From positions 1,312,001 to 1,376,000 of the forward strand of contig CAVSAC010000012.1 in NCBI GenBank assembly GCA_963725865.1: a DNA stretch of 64,000 bases. The letters run 5' to 3'. Source of the DNA: Candidatus Eiseniibacteriota bacterium. Its GTDB lineage: Bacteria > Eisenbacteria > RBG-16-71-46. A program made the position numbers and the translations under genes. The first letter of the stretch is position 1. Every line of letters begins with the position of its first letter. Positions 35,401 through 45,420 of this stretch are shown one piece after another. The notes beneath the pieces are model-generated. The model saw only the letters and a list, made by a program, of their open reading frames with translations. It was not told the DNA's origin and did not search any database.

Positions 35401-35926
35401 GCACCGAGACACTGTTGGCATCGCCGTTGGCCACCACGAGGTCGGGCCGGCCGTCGCCGTTCAGGTCGCCGGCCGCGACCGATTGCGGCGCCGCGCCGAC
35501 CGTGTAGTCCACGTGCGGTCCGAAGCCGCCCAGACCGTTGCCGAACAGCACCGCGAGCTTGCCCGAGCCGTAGACGGGGACCGCCATGTCGACCTTTCCA
35601 TCGCCGTTCAAGTCGGCGAGGGTGGCCTCCTGGGCCTGGGGCCCGGCGGCGTAATCCGTCGCAGGTCCGAACGTGCTGCCGCCCGTCGCCAGCCTGACCG
35701 AGATCGTCCCGAATGTGGTGTTCGCCACGAGCAGGTCGTTCAGGCCGTCGCCGTTCACATCGCCCACGGTCACCCAGCGCGTGATGCCGCCGCTGAACTG
35801 CAGGTCGAGCCGCTCGCTGGAGCTGAAGCCTTGCGCACACACGAGCGCGGGCAGGGCGACGGCCGAGAGTGCGAGGCAGGTGAGGATCGGGCGTGGGCTG
35901 AAGCCGGCAACAGGGATGCGTGACAT
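32468..35926 (-). CDS. Secreted FG-GAP/VCBS repeat protein + Ig-like domain + T9SS-like tail
   Basis: Signal peptide; about 14 DxNGDGxxD repeats; PTGTVRFYDG...YAGD Ig; HPNP...FDLSGRRV...PGLYLVRL. Confidence 0.9.
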   Translation of the reverse strand: MSRIPVAGFSPRPILTCLALSAVALPALVCAQGFSSSERLDLQFSGGITRWVTVGDVNGDGLNDLLVANTTFGTISVRLATGGSTFGPATDYAAGPQAQEATLADLNGDGKVDMAVPVYGSGKLAVLFGNGLGGFGPHVDYTVGAAPQSVAAGDLNGDGRPDLVVANGDANSVSVLINQGGGAFAVQPQIALAALNPIHVALGDWNGDGKLDAAVANFYTNSVAVLYGNGTGGLSPAFYQTVGGQPGVVLLSDVNADGKLDMIVVDNLDNNLFVFLGDGVGGVATFNVYPVGTAPFAAAVGDLNGDGKPDIAVGDGGVDSVAVLLGTGTGTFGPRTMFHTASGPFEVAIGDLNGDGRPDLVAADYYSASVSLLLADPAVRFGARIENVAGTSPRWVALGDVNGDGKSDMVTTNVGSASASVLLGDGAGGFGPKTDFVTGASPNAVALGDVNGDGRLDMAVANYGPSTVSVLLGTGTGSFGPKSDYPVGVSPQAVVITDLNGDGKPDLAVANGASSNVSILLGNGLGGFGTKTDFTTGADPISLAVRDLNGDNFPELATANWTAGTVSVLLNDGLGRFPSRSDYTAGANTASVVFAELSGDGKPELCAANQNANSISVFPGLGGTSFGAKADTHMPAGPFTIASGDLNGDGRLDLAVADLGADSASVLIGDGAGGFLARFDYATASTPSCIAIGDLNGDGKPDLAMAENGAARAGVLLALMPTRTALTASPASVIVGFPATLAATVTGTGTSVGPPTGTVRFYDGTTPLGSAPLVGGIATLGTFPANPGPRSLTAVYAGDARMLGSSSLSVDERVVTNASPRITSIGDVKNDQGGQVRVKFLPSALDYLGSATPIGRYDVFRKQGAVTVVASPALESRDRLLAREPQSPAAGGHDAGSDGVQLAGWDFVGTIPANLETEYDLVVATLADSGAGGFARSTFMVRAATATSGTFFDSPPDSGYSVDNLPPAPPAPFVATSGSGATSLHWGANAESDLWYYRIYRGSSSAFVPDPGNLVATRGDTGYVDPGPAGSWYKISAMDVHGNESGFATAHAAGTAGVDDAGPVAFALEPVHPNPAPGNELTVRFALASDHEARIELFDLSGRRVLDREVGQFGPGRHQVQLGADRALAPGLYLVRLTQGSSARSTRVMVLR

Positions 35927-35970
35927 GTCTCCCTCGCGGGGTTGGGGTGTCGGCCCATGGTCACCCCATA

Positions 35971-35997
35971 GAACGGCCGAGGGCTCCGGGTTGAACA
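35971..35997 (-). promoter_or_regulatory. Variant ECF promoter TGTTCA-N16-CGTTC
   Basis: Same -10 and spacing, only 3/6 match at -35; about 45 nt upstream of ATG 35926. Confidence 0.4.
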
Positions 35998-36144
35998 CCG
36001 CGCGAGTGAGATGGTCGCCCGATGGCCTGGCTCGAGCTGCTCGAATCGACCCGAAAGCGCCGCGGAGCGGTCCGGGAGAGCGCTGCTCGATCCGTCCGAG
36101 CGACCGGGCCGCACGACGAGCAGTCGCGGTCGCGCGACGTCAGC

Positions 36145-37821
36145 TCACGCCGGCGAGAGCGGTGGTGCAGTCTCGGCCGGCCCCGTCGGAACGTGCTCGG
36201 ACCACCACGCCACCGCGCGCTCCTCGCTCCACGGGTCCGCGAGCGGAACCGAGCCCAGCAGGCGCGCGACCTCGCGGGCGCTCTGCGGTCTGCGATCCGG
36301 AGCCTTCGCCAGGCAGCGCAGGATCAAGGCGTCGAGATCCCGCGGGATCGCTCCGGGACAATGACGCGACGGCGGATCGGGCTCGACGTTCACGTGCTTC
36401 GAAACGATGTCGAGCACGCTGGAGCCCTCGAACACCTGCCGTCCGGTGACGAGCCAGTACGCGACGCAGCCGAGCCCGTAGAGGTCGCTGCGGCCGTCGA
36501 GCTCCTGGCCCAAAGCGACCTCGGGGGCCATGAAGGCCGGGGTGCCGATCGCGTGCTCCGGCAGCGTGAGACGCAGCTCCGCAGGCGCCGCGGGCCGGAG
36601 ATGCGCGACGAGCCCGAAGTCCAGCACCTTGATGAAGTCGCGCCGAACTCCGGAGCGGCACACGTAGATGTTCGCGGGCTTTACGTCGCGGTGGATCAGA
36701 CCCTTCTCGTGTGCTTCCTCGAGCGATTCGCATACCTGAGTCAGGAGGTGCACCACGCGCGACGGAGGCAACGGTCCGAAACGGCCGACGAGCAGATCGA
36801 GGTCGAGGCCGTCCAGCAGTTCCATGATGTAGTAGAAGGTGCCGTCGTCCGAGACCCCGAAGTCGTAGAGTTCGACGGTATGCGCGGAGGTCAGCGAGGC
36901 GGTCGCCTTGGCCTCGAGCTCGAATCGCCGGATCATCGTTCTCGACACCTCCGCACTCATCCCCAGGATCGACTCCGGCCGGATGAACTTGATGGCCGCC
37001 TCGCGTGCCAGGAGCTGGTGGGACGCCTTCCACACCTCCCCCATTCCGCCCTGACCGAGGCGTTCGATCAGACGGTAGCTCCCGAGCTCGCGGGCACGGG
37101 ACACGTCCGAACCCAGCCTGAACATGATGCGAGCGCTGGCGTAGGCGAGGCCGACGCAGATGAGGTAGGGAAAGACATGAGCGAAGAAGAACGATTCCGG
37201 CGTGAAGATGTGCGATAGCCCCGCGCGCTGCACCGCGATCCAGATCATCACGGGCGGAGCGGAGGCGGACGCGATCAATGCGAGCATCGCCCTGCCGGGC
37301 GGCGCGGGGACGACGATCGAGTAGGTGATCATCCAGATCGCGACCCACGACGGGGAGAGCGCGAAGAAGATGATCGGGGTGTCCGCGAACCGGTCCGCCC
37401 CGACGTACATCGCGAGCGCGATGCCGTAACTTCCGAGGACTTCGAACACCAGTCCGAGGCGCAGCTTGCCTCGCCACGTCATGCGCGGGCTGGACGCGAG
37501 CCACGCGACCGCCAATCCGGTCAGAATCGACGCCACGAGCGGAACCCAGTCGGCCGGGTTCCGGAAGTTCTGCGAGAGCTGTCCCCTGACGAGGTCGGGC
37601 GCGAGATCCGACAAGAGGTACGCGCCCGAGTAGAGCAACGCGATGTTTCGCAGGCGCCGGGGAACCTGCTCCTGAAGGTGCGGCGGCAGGGTCCATCCGG
37701 ACGCCGGCTTCGCTCGCGGTGCGGTGTGTCCGCGAGGAAGGAAGAGGGCGTCACCCGGAGACGCCTTGAGAGTCTCCGCGACGTGGATGGACCCGAGTGG
37801 CTGCGTTCCTTCCGGCTTCAC
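36145..37821 (-). CDS. Ser/Thr kinase with N-terminal multi-TM sensor region (start uncertain)
   Basis: About 6 hydrophobic helices, then GQGGMGEVW, HRDVKPAN, DFGLV, FMAPE. Confidence 0.88.
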   Translation of the reverse strand: MKPEGTQPLGSIHVAETLKASPGDALFLPRGHTAPRAKPASGWTLPPHLQEQVPRRLRNIALLYSGAYLLSDLAPDLVRGQLSQNFRNPADWVPLVASILTGLAVAWLASSPRMTWRGKLRLGLVFEVLGSYGIALAMYVGADRFADTPIIFFALSPSWVAIWMITYSIVVPAPPGRAMLALIASASAPPVMIWIAVQRAGLSHIFTPESFFFAHVFPYLICVGLAYASARIMFRLGSDVSRARELGSYRLIERLGQGGMGEVWKASHQLLAREAAIKFIRPESILGMSAEVSRTMIRRFELEAKATASLTSAHTVELYDFGVSDDGTFYYIMELLDGLDLDLLVGRFGPLPPSRVVHLLTQVCESLEEAHEKGLIHRDVKPANIYVCRSGVRRDFIKVLDFGLVAHLRPAAPAELRLTLPEHAIGTPAFMAPEVALGQELDGRSDLYGLGCVAYWLVTGRQVFEGSSVLDIVSKHVNVEPDPPSRHCPGAIPRDLDALILRCLAKAPDRRPQSAREVARLLGSVPLADPWSEERAVAWWSEHVPTGPAETAPPLSPA

Positions 37822-37904
37822 GCGTACTGTCCAATGTCGATCACGCGCCCGTTTCGAAGCGCCCCGGGCGGTCGCCGGCTGCGCGCGCGGTCGCGGTCGC
37901 GACC

Positions 37905-38594
37905 TCAGTCGTCGCGATTGCCGAGCGCGCGATAGACGGTCGCGCCCAGCAGCGCTCCGATGATCGGTGCCACCCAGAAAAGCCACAGCTGCGCGACCGC
38001 CCAGCCGCCTACGAACAACGCGACGCCCGTGCTGCGCGCGGGGTTCACGGACGTGTTCGTGACCGGGATGCTGATCAGGTGGATCAGGGTCAGGCCCAGC
38101 CCGATCGCGATCGGCGCGAACCCCTGCGGAGCACGCTTGGCGGTCGCGCCCATGATGATCAGCAGGAACATCATCGTCATGACCACTTCGGTCACGAACG
38201 CCGAGACCAGCGAGTAGCCGCCAGGCGAGTGCTCGCCGTAGCCGTTCGAGGCCATGCCACCGGCGATGTCGAACCCGGGCTTGCCGCTGGCGATGAAGTA
38301 CAGGACGCCGCCGGCGACGATCCCGCCCAGGACCTGGGCGACGATGTACGGAATCACCTGCTTGGCCGGAAACCGCCCTCCCGCCCACAGGCCGATGGAC
38401 ACCGCCGGGTTCAGGTGGCAACCCGAGATGTGCCCGATCGCAAAGGCCATGGTCAGGACGGTCAGGCCGAATGCGAGCGCGACGCCCAGCAGCCCGATCC
38501 CGACCTGGGGGAAGGCCGCTGCGATGACGGCGCTCCCACACCCTCCGAGCACCAGCCAGAACGTCCCGAAGAACTCCGCCCCGTACTGTTTCAT
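37905..38594 (-). CDS. aqpZ: Aquaporin Z
   Basis: [35 protein letters not shown]. Confidence 0.96.
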   Translation of the reverse strand: MKQYGAEFFGTFWLVLGGCGSAVIAAAFPQVGIGLLGVALAFGLTVLTMAFAIGHISGCHLNPAVSIGLWAGGRFPAKQVIPYIVAQVLGGIVAGGVLYFIASGKPGFDIAGGMASNGYGEHSPGGYSLVSAFVTEVVMTMMFLLIIMGATAKRAPQGFAPIAIGLGLTLIHLISIPVTNTSVNPARSTGVALFVGGWAVAQLWLFWVAPIIGALLGATVYRALGNRDD

Positions 38595-38672
38595 CGCGGC
38601 CTCCATTCCGTGGAAAGCGTCACCTGCAGGCGGGGTGATGAATACACCCCCGCGGCAGGCGACTGAGGCGGC

Positions 38673-40142
38673 CTACTTGGCCGCCACGACTTCCGCTCCC
38701 GCCCTCTCGGCCAGCGCCCGGCGGACGCCCGCCGCGTAGTCGGGATGCACCTTCTGGAAGTGCCCGAGCTGGCGTTCGACGATCGCGGTCGGCACGCCCT
38801 GCATCGCCGCCGCGGTGTTCGAGAACAAGCGGGCCTTCTGATCCTTGTCGAACAGATTGAAGAGCGCGCGCGGCTGCCCGTAGTCGTCGTTGCCCTCGCG
38901 GTGGTTGTAGCGGTCCGCGTCGCCCGAGATCTTCAGCGGCGGCTCCGCCACGTCCGGGCGCTCGGCCGGGCCGTTGAACGAGTTCGGTTCGTAGTAGGCG
39001 TCGGCGTTGGCGTTGGCCGGGAAGAACCGCATCGCCCCGTCCTTGTGGTAGTGCTGCACGGGGCCCTTCGGCGCGTTGACGGGCAGTGCCTCGTAGTGCG
39101 TGCCGAGCCGGTGCCGATGCGCGTCCGCGTACGAGAAGATGCGCGCCTGGAGCATCTTGTCCGGCGAGAATCCGATGCCCGGCACGATGTTCGAGGGCGA
39201 GAACGCGGCCTGCTCGATGTCCGTGAAGTAGTTCTCCGGGTTGCGGCTCAGTTCCATCACGCCGACGTCGATCAGCGGGTAATCGCCGTGGGGCCAGACC
39301 TTGGTCAGGTCGAACGGGTTGTAGGGCGTCTTTTCGGCGTCCACCTCCGGCATCACCTGGATGGCGAAGCGCCACTTCGGGAAGTCGCCCTTCTCGATCG
39401 CCCCGTAGAGATCCTCCTGCGTGGACTCGCGCGTCGCGCCGACGACCTTCGCCGCTTCGGCGTTGGTCCAGTGCTTGTGGCCCTGCATCGTCTTGAAGTG
39501 GAACTTCACCCAGAACCGCTCGTTGCGCGCGTTGATGAGGCTGTAGGTGTGGCTGCCATAGCCATTGATGTGGCGCACGCCGATCGGCAGGCCGCGATCC
39601 GACATCAGGATCGTGACCTGATGCAGGGATTCGGGCGACAGCGACCAGAAATCCCACATCGCGGTGTTCGAGCGCAGATTGGTCCGCGGATGCCGCTTCT
39701 GGGTGTGGATGAAGTCGGGGAACTTGTACGGGTCGCGGATGAAGAAGACGGGCGTGTTGTTGCCGACGAGGTCCCAGTTGCCATCCTCGGTATAGAACTT
39801 CAACGCGAAACCGCGCACGTCACGCTCGGCGTCCGCGGCACCCGCCTCACCCGCCACGGTCGAGAAGCGGGCCAGCATCTCCGTTTTCTTGCCGACCTTG
39901 GAGAAGACGCTTGCCTTGCTGTACTTCGTGATGTCGTGAGTGATGGTCAGCGTGCCGAAGGCGCCCCAGCCCTTGGCGTGCACCGTGCGCTCGGGGATCC
40001 GCTCGCGGTTCTGGTGCGCCAGCTTCTCGAGCAGCTGGTAGTCCTGCATCAGCACGGGGCCTCGCGGGCCGGCCGTGATCGCGTTCTGGTTGTCGGCGAT
40101 GGGAGCGCCGGCGGTGGTCGTGAGAGTCGGTTTGTCGCTCAT
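38673..40142 (-). CDS. katA: Monofunctional small-subunit heme catalase
   Basis: [44 protein letters not shown]. Confidence 0.96.
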   Translation of the reverse strand: MSDKPTLTTTAGAPIADNQNAITAGPRGPVLMQDYQLLEKLAHQNRERIPERTVHAKGWGAFGTLTITHDITKYSKASVFSKVGKKTEMLARFSTVAGEAGAADAERDVRGFALKFYTEDGNWDLVGNNTPVFFIRDPYKFPDFIHTQKRHPRTNLRSNTAMWDFWSLSPESLHQVTILMSDRGLPIGVRHINGYGSHTYSLINARNERFWVKFHFKTMQGHKHWTNAEAAKVVGATRESTQEDLYGAIEKGDFPKWRFAIQVMPEVDAEKTPYNPFDLTKVWPHGDYPLIDVGVMELSRNPENYFTDIEQAAFSPSNIVPGIGFSPDKMLQARIFSYADAHRHRLGTHYEALPVNAPKGPVQHYHKDGAMRFFPANANADAYYEPNSFNGPAERPDVAEPPLKISGDADRYNHREGNDDYGQPRALFNLFDKDQKARLFSNTAAAMQGVPTAIVERQLGHFQKVHPDYAAGVRRALAERAGAEVVAAK

Positions 40143-40328
40143 GGCTGTGCTCCTTCAGTGGGTTTGCAACGACGCGTCGGACTCTAGCGCAGGCATGGCG
40201 GAGGCGAAAGCGGGCCCCGGCGCCACGACGGAAACCCGGCTGGAAAAGTGACTTGCTCCCCGGCTCGAACACCGAGGCAATCGGCAGCGAGCCGAATCGC
40301 GTGCCTGCGGCCCGCGTTATCGTCGCCG

Positions 40329-40425
40329 TCATGTCCGGATCGCCGCCGCGGCAGCGGTCGCCGGGTCCTTCCAGCGGGCGACGTCCACGCCCATCACGAG
40401 CAGCCACAGGGTCAGCGATAGTCCC
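40329..40425 (-). pseudogene. C-terminal remnant resembling DUF4386 membrane proteins
   Basis: LSLTLWLLVMGVDVARWK; recognised from memory of the family terminus. Confidence 0.45.
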
Positions 40426-40615
40426 GCCACGGTGACATCGCACGCGAGGGTGATGAGCTCAGCGGCGCCGCAATCCCTGCCATCACCGCATTTGTGCTCA
40501 AATGCGGTTCTCCTCACACGAGCGATGGCATCCAATCCGCAGGCGAATCGGTTCGTATCGGCAGAGGCCCGCATGAGGCCGCGGACCTTCAGTACGGCTT
40601 CGCCTCGAGAAGGGG

Positions 40616-40843
40616 CTACGGCGTGGTGGGGTGCCCCTGATTCGTACCGCCGTGAAGGAGCTTGAACCCGATCTGCGTGCCCATCTGCAGCACGTAGCCG
40701 AGCTGAATGTTCAGATAAGCGAACGGCTCGAGCAGTCTCGCGTTCTTGAGCGGTCCGGCATCAATGGCGTCGAATCCGATCTCGCGCGCGAGGGCGCTCC
40801 CCACGTTGCCGCCGCCAATGATGCCGATCTTCTTCGTCGCCAT
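40616..40843 (-). pseudogene. NADPH-dependent F420 reductase-like gene with large in-frame internal deletion
   Basis: KIGIIGGGNVGSALAR joined directly to EIGFDAIDAGPLKNARLLEP; 75 aa versus about 200 typical. Confidence 0.75.
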
Positions 40844-40917
40844 GGCTGGTCTCCTTGGCCGAGGCTTACCCCTCTGCCGGGGCTTACTTGGCGAGGCCGA
40901 GGTGCACCTCACTCCTC

Positions 40918-41187
40918 TCAAATACCCATGTCCCCGAGCGCCTTGGCGGCGCGCGCCATCGTCGCCGTCAGGTCGGGGTGCGTGACCTCGAAGCGCGTCA
41001 CCGCGGCGTGGAGCTGGTCGACGAGAGTCTGGTGGGCGCCCGCCGGCGTGCCCGAGCGGGCGAGTACGGACTGGATGTCCACCGACAGCTGCTTGAGGAG
41101 TTTGCGATCCGCCTCCGCGAGCGGGGCCGCCTTGTCGAGTGTGTGGTGAAGTTGCTTCAAGAGGTCTCGAACCGAGTTGTCGGTCAT
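40918..41187 (-). CDS. DUF4404 family protein
   Basis: AVTRFEVTHPDLTATMARAAKALGDMGI. Confidence 0.8.
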   Translation of the reverse strand: MTDNSVRDLLKQLHHTLDKAAPLAEADRKLLKQLSVDIQSVLARSGTPAGAHQTLVDQLHAAVTRFEVTHPDLTATMARAAKALGDMGI

Positions 41188-41412
41188 CGGGTGCTCCGGA
41201 TGGATGAACCAGGGCGCGGATCGCGTGCTCGCCGCGGCGCCGATCGTGAGTCCGAGCGGCATCCTGGCGAGTCGCTCCGAGGGACTCGTGCGGATCCGCC
41301 GTGACCGCCGAGCGCGCGACATGAACAGCGTACCCGTTCGGCGAGCGGTCGCCCAGCGGAGGGCGACGCGCTCACCGAACGGCCCGCATCGTACGCGGCG
41401 AGCGGTGAATGG

Positions 41413-42042
41413 CTATCTCAGGTTCCGCTCTTCCAGCCGCGCGAGCACCCGGCCGCCGGAATCCAGCAGCTCGAGGGTCCGACCGAGCACGCGGTAGCGG
41501 CGCGTATCGTTGAGCGCGCGGAGAAACGCGGACTCGGTCTTCATGTCGGGGCAGGCCATCATGGTCGCGACGATCCGTCCGAACCGCAGCGTGTCCCGGC
41601 CGGCGGTGTAGCTGCCGGAGAACCGATTGCAGCCACCCGATCCGGTGAGGCGCTGCGAGCTCGGTTCGAGCACGAGCCAGGGCTCGTGCTGCGCATCGGC
41701 CACGGTCACGTTCAGCTCGCCGATACGAACCGGGCGCCAGCGGGAGTTGGTCAGACCCGTCCACGATTCGGACGGCTGGCACGTCTCGCCCGGCATCGCG
41801 GCCACGAACTCCTCCACGACCAGGGTCGGCTCCGTGCCGGACCCTTCCATCCTTGCGCGCTGCTCGATGCGGCCCTCGAGGCTCACCTTCGGCTCGGCCC
41901 CGGGCTCGGCGCTGCGAGCGGCGTACTCGCGCTCGAGCCTCCGATACTCGCCGCTCGGCTCCACCGGCCATTCGAGCCCCGAGCGGCAGTCGTGGAACCG
42001 CGCCGCGATGAGGAGCTTGAGCGCGATCGGTGAGTGTCGCAT
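41413..42042 (-). CDS. NlpE C-terminal-like domain + META (HslJ) domain protein, probably 5'-truncated
   Basis: AARFHDCRSG...LEREY...SLEGRI; GSGGCNRFSGSY...TMMACP; no signal peptide. Confidence 0.7.
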   Translation of the reverse strand: MRHSPIALKLLIAARFHDCRSGLEWPVEPSGEYRRLEREYAARSAEPGAEPKVSLEGRIEQRARMEGSGTEPTLVVEEFVAAMPGETCQPSESWTGLTNSRWRPVRIGELNVTVADAQHEPWLVLEPSSQRLTGSGGCNRFSGSYTAGRDTLRFGRIVATMMACPDMKTESAFLRALNDTRRYRVLGRTLELLDSGGRVLARLEERNLR

Positions 42043-42333
42043 GAGGGGATCCCCTCGAAGAGTTCCCTGTCCGGTCGCGCGGCCGTGGGCTACCGTCACG
42101 AGGTCGACGGAAGACCCGTGAGGGTGCGCCACTCTCAAGAGAGTCAGCGCGCGGGAACAGTGAGGAGACAACCGCCCTCGCGGCTCGATACGACTCCCTA
42201 CCTTCTCGGAAGTCAACGTCGAACCCTCATCGTCCGTTCTCACTATTGGTAGGTCGGATCGGCCCCCGCCGGCGCTCGGCAGCGTCCGGCAGCACCCGCC
42301 CCGGAGCGCACGGTTCGGGTGATCGTCGGCCGG

Positions 42334-42417
42334 ACTCTGCCGCTCGAGTCGGCGGTGGAAGCGCACGAGCAGCCGGAGCGCGGCGGCGCCAGCGGCAAGA
42401 TCGTCCTCCGCGTGGCG
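42334..42417 (+). pseudogene. C-terminal remnant of an MDR oxidoreductase
   Basis: TLPLESAVEAHEQPERGGASGKIVLRVA. Confidence 0.55.
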
Positions 42418-42418
42418 C

Positions 42419-42607
42419 GATCGTGAAGGCGAGTTCGCCGAGTCCGAACCCACGCTGCGCCGCTCGCTGGCGATCCTGGTCAAGACGTACGGCGATGGCA
42501 ACGCGATGACGCAGCGGGCCATCCAGGCGCTCGCGGATCTCTATACGGCGTGGAAGAAGCCGGCGCAGGCGGCGACGTACACCGCGAGGCTGACAGCGCC
42601 TAAGTGA
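42419..42607 (+). pseudogene. C-terminal remnant of a kinase-TPR protein
   Basis: FAESEPTLRRSLAILVKTYGDGNAMTQRAIQALADLYTAWKKPAQAATY...*; resembles the end of 51361-53838. Confidence 0.6.
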
Positions 42608-42703
42608 TGGACCGAGGAGTCGACCTCGACCCTCTGATTCGACCTTCTCCCCCGCGGGGGTGACGCTCGTTCACTCGACCACCACGAACGGCTGGGCTGG
42701 CGG

Positions 42704-43921
42704 TCAGTTCACCGGCGGCGCGGGCCGGCCGCGGAAAGCCCGATAGAGCAGGAGGTCGTAGGCGATCTTGAGCCCCCCGGCGACGAAGAACGGCGCGCCG
42801 CTTCCGGTCAGCAGGAACGCGCCGCCGATCACCGGCGCCACGCCCGCGCCGAGCGACCTCGCGATCGCGGTGACGCCGGCCGCCGCCGCGCGCTCGTCCG
42901 GCGCGACGACGGCCATGGTGTAGGACTGCCGCGTGGGCACGTCCATCTGCGAGATGGCGTAGCGAGCCAGCAGCAGGCCCATGGCACTGGCCATCGTGGG
43001 CATCAAGGGCACCAGCAGGAGCATCACGTTCGAGGGCAGGTGCGTGAACACCATCGTGTTGACGAGGCCGATGCGGGCCGCGATGCGATGCGCCAGCAGC
43101 GCCGAGACCGCGGCCAGCAGATTCGCGCCGAAGAAGAGGCTGCCGAGTGCGGCGGTGCTGGCGCCGAAGCGAACGTGGAACCAGTACGCCATCACGCTCT
43201 GGAGCACGAACCCGCCCGCGAACGCGTCCAGCGCGAAGAGGGCGCTGAGACGCGCCACCACGGGGCCCGAACGATGGAGCCCGAGCCTCGAGTTGCCGGA
43301 GCCGCGAGGCGCCGCGGGCTCGGCCTCGACTGCCGCCGACAGGCGCGTGAAGAGCGCGGCGAGCACCACGCCGGCCCCTGCGTAGCACACGAGCAGCACG
43401 CGATACGATGCCAGGTCCGTCATTCCCCCGAGCTGGGCAATGCGGGTGAGCCAGCCGCCGGCGAGGGCCCCCAGCGCCGTCGCGGCGGATCCGGCGAGGT
43501 TGTACCAGGCGAAGACGCGCGTGCGCTGCTGGTCCGACACCAGCTGAGACAGCGCGGCCTGCTCGATCGAGAGGAAGGGCCCGATCTCGTGTCCACTCGG
43601 GCTGATCACCCCGACGATGGCGGCGATCATCAGCAGCTCGGGGCGCCGCGTGAGCAGGAACGCAACGCCCCCGGCGGTCATCAGGAGCGCGCCCACGAAC
43701 AGCATGCGCCGGCGGCCCATGCGGTCGGCTCGCGTCGTGATCCACAGCGAGATGCCGGCGTCGCCCAGCAGCGTCAACGCGAGCAGGAGCCCGATGGCGG
43801 GCCCGCCGAGGCCGATCCGCACCAGGTACAGCACGAACACGATCGACAGGAATCCGTACGCGAACAACCGCGTCGAGCGTGTGACGAAGAGCAGCGTCGC
43901 ATCGCGGCGAATCGGCGCCAT
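42704..43921 (-). CDS. MFS transporter
   Basis: ADRMGRRR motif, about 12 TM helices, SQMDVPTRQSY. Confidence 0.9.
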   Translation of the reverse strand: MAPIRRDATLLFVTRSTRLFAYGFLSIVFVLYLVRIGLGGPAIGLLLALTLLGDAGISLWITTRADRMGRRRMLFVGALLMTAGGVAFLLTRRPELLMIAAIVGVISPSGHEIGPFLSIEQAALSQLVSDQQRTRVFAWYNLAGSAATALGALAGGWLTRIAQLGGMTDLASYRVLLVCYAGAGVVLAALFTRLSAAVEAEPAAPRGSGNSRLGLHRSGPVVARLSALFALDAFAGGFVLQSVMAYWFHVRFGASTAALGSLFFGANLLAAVSALLAHRIAARIGLVNTMVFTHLPSNVMLLLVPLMPTMASAMGLLLARYAISQMDVPTRQSYTMAVVAPDERAAAAGVTAIARSLGAGVAPVIGGAFLLTGSGAPFFVAGGLKIAYDLLLYRAFRGRPAPPVN

Positions 43922-43935
43922 GCGATCAGCACCCC

Positions 43936-44397
43936 TCACCGGAACGCGCCCTCGAGCCGGCCCTGCTGCACCATCCGCTCGCAGTAGGCGTAGAGCGCGT
44001 CATACACGATCCACTCGGCCGCATTGAGCTCGTGATCATCCTCGTAGCCGAGCCCCCGGAAGCCCTCGGCGATGGCCTTGAGCCCGGCCGACTCGGGCTG
44101 GTTCCAGAGGGAGTTGTCCGTGTCGGCGCCGTTCACGATCCTGGCGAGGAGCACCAGGGCGGGATCGGATGCCAGTCCGTGCTTCCTGACGATGGCGTCA
44201 AACGAGCACTCCTTCCTGTGGTGTCCGAGTTCGACGCCGCTCACGTCGTACGGCGTCGCGCCCTCCCGCTCCGACACGGTCATCACCTGGTCCGCGGGCA
44301 CGAACAGGAACTCCGCCTGTGGATCCACGAACCGGCGGATCAGCCAGGGACAGGCCACGCGGTCGACGTGGACGTTCTCACGAGTGATCCACTTCAT
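43936..44397 (-). CDS. Standalone ChrB C-terminal domain protein (ChrF-like)
   Basis: MKWITRENVHVDRVACPWLIRRFVDP...CSFD...YDALY. Confidence 0.88.
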   Translation of the reverse strand: MKWITRENVHVDRVACPWLIRRFVDPQAEFLFVPADQVMTVSEREGATPYDVSGVELGHHRKECSFDAIVRKHGLASDPALVLLARIVNGADTDNSLWNQPESAGLKAIAEGFRGLGYEDDHELNAAEWIVYDALYAYCERMVQQGRLEGAFR

Positions 44398-45389
44398 CTG
44401 GGGTGCCTCCGGGATGTCGAGCGGGTTCGTCTGCGAAAGGACTCGTAGAGGTTCTCGAACACGCTCGTTCCTTGAACGAGCCGCGTCTCATCGCCCTGCC
44501 TGGCGATCGCGAGACCCACGATCACGCGGCCCACTCCCGCGGCTTCTGCACGGTTGTAGCGGCCATCCCCCAGATCGAGGTCGTGAACGATCTCCGCGAT
44601 GGGCCTGAGGGCCGAGTCGCGAAGGCGGAAGCGCTCGACCAGCACTTCGAACGTGCAACGGCCTTCGTGATGCGTGAACTCGGCACCGGCCATGTCGAAG
44701 CGGAGTTCGCCCTGCCGCGGCCGATAGGTGCGGCCACTCACGAACTTGAATCGAGCAGCGGGGTCGATGAACCGCTGGATCAGCCAGGCGCTGGCGATCC
44801 GGTCCACCATCACGCCGGTCCGCGTGACCCAGGTGGCGCCCTTCGGCGGCTCGGGAGCCTCCAGCTTGCGCTGGCTGGTCTCCTCGACGCCCTGGACCAG
44901 ATCCTCGACGAGCGAGAGCAGCCCGGCGGCCGTCTCGCGTCCGTGGGCGCCGAACGGGTCACGGGAGACGGTCTGGTCGAATCGCACCCGAAGCCGCTCG
45001 AGCGCCTGTCCCACGCGGCGCCGGCGTGGCTCGTCATGGGAACGGGCTCCGCGAAGCTCGGAGGACAGGCGTTTCGCCTCATTGCTGACGGCCGCGTACT
45101 CGGCATCGCGAGCGTCCCGCATGAGGTCTTCCACCGCTCCGTCGGCGAGCCCCTCGACGAGGTGTGCCTCGCAGACGACCGCCTCGCCACCCTGGTGGAG
45201 GATCTCGCGCGCCACCTCTCCCAGACTCGTCTGGCTCTCGGCGTTGGCGGGTAGGAGATACACGGAGTTCTTGATCGCGACGGCACCGAGATATCTCAGA
45301 CGACGCCGGATCTTCACGCGCAGGTAGTCCGGTTTCGCCGGGATGTGGTGGATCAGCAACAGCCACCTGGCAGGGTCCACACGGGGCAC
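44394..45389 (-). CDS. chrB: Chromate resistance regulator ChrB
   Basis: WLLLIHHIPAKPDYLRVKI...KNSVYLLP; WVTR...DRIASAWLIQRFIDP...CTFE. Confidence 0.88.
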   Translation of the reverse strand: MPRVDPARWLLLIHHIPAKPDYLRVKIRRRLRYLGAVAIKNSVYLLPANAESQTSLGEVAREILHQGGEAVVCEAHLVEGLADGAVEDLMRDARDAEYAAVSNEAKRLSSELRGARSHDEPRRRRVGQALERLRVRFDQTVSRDPFGAHGRETAAGLLSLVEDLVQGVEETSQRKLEAPEPPKGATWVTRTGVMVDRIASAWLIQRFIDPAARFKFVSGRTYRPRQGELRFDMAGAEFTHHEGRCTFEVLVERFRLRDSALRPIAEIVHDLDLGDGRYNRAEAAGVGRVIVGLAIARQGDETRLVQGTSVFENLYESFRRRTRSTSRRHPR

Positions 45390-45420
45390 CGCTCCTCCTC
45401 GCTCTCAGGGCCGAGCGGGA

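Noticed and set aside
43880..43910. Additional TGTGAC hit
   Set aside because: Inside the MFS gene, antisense, and no CGTTC at the right spacing
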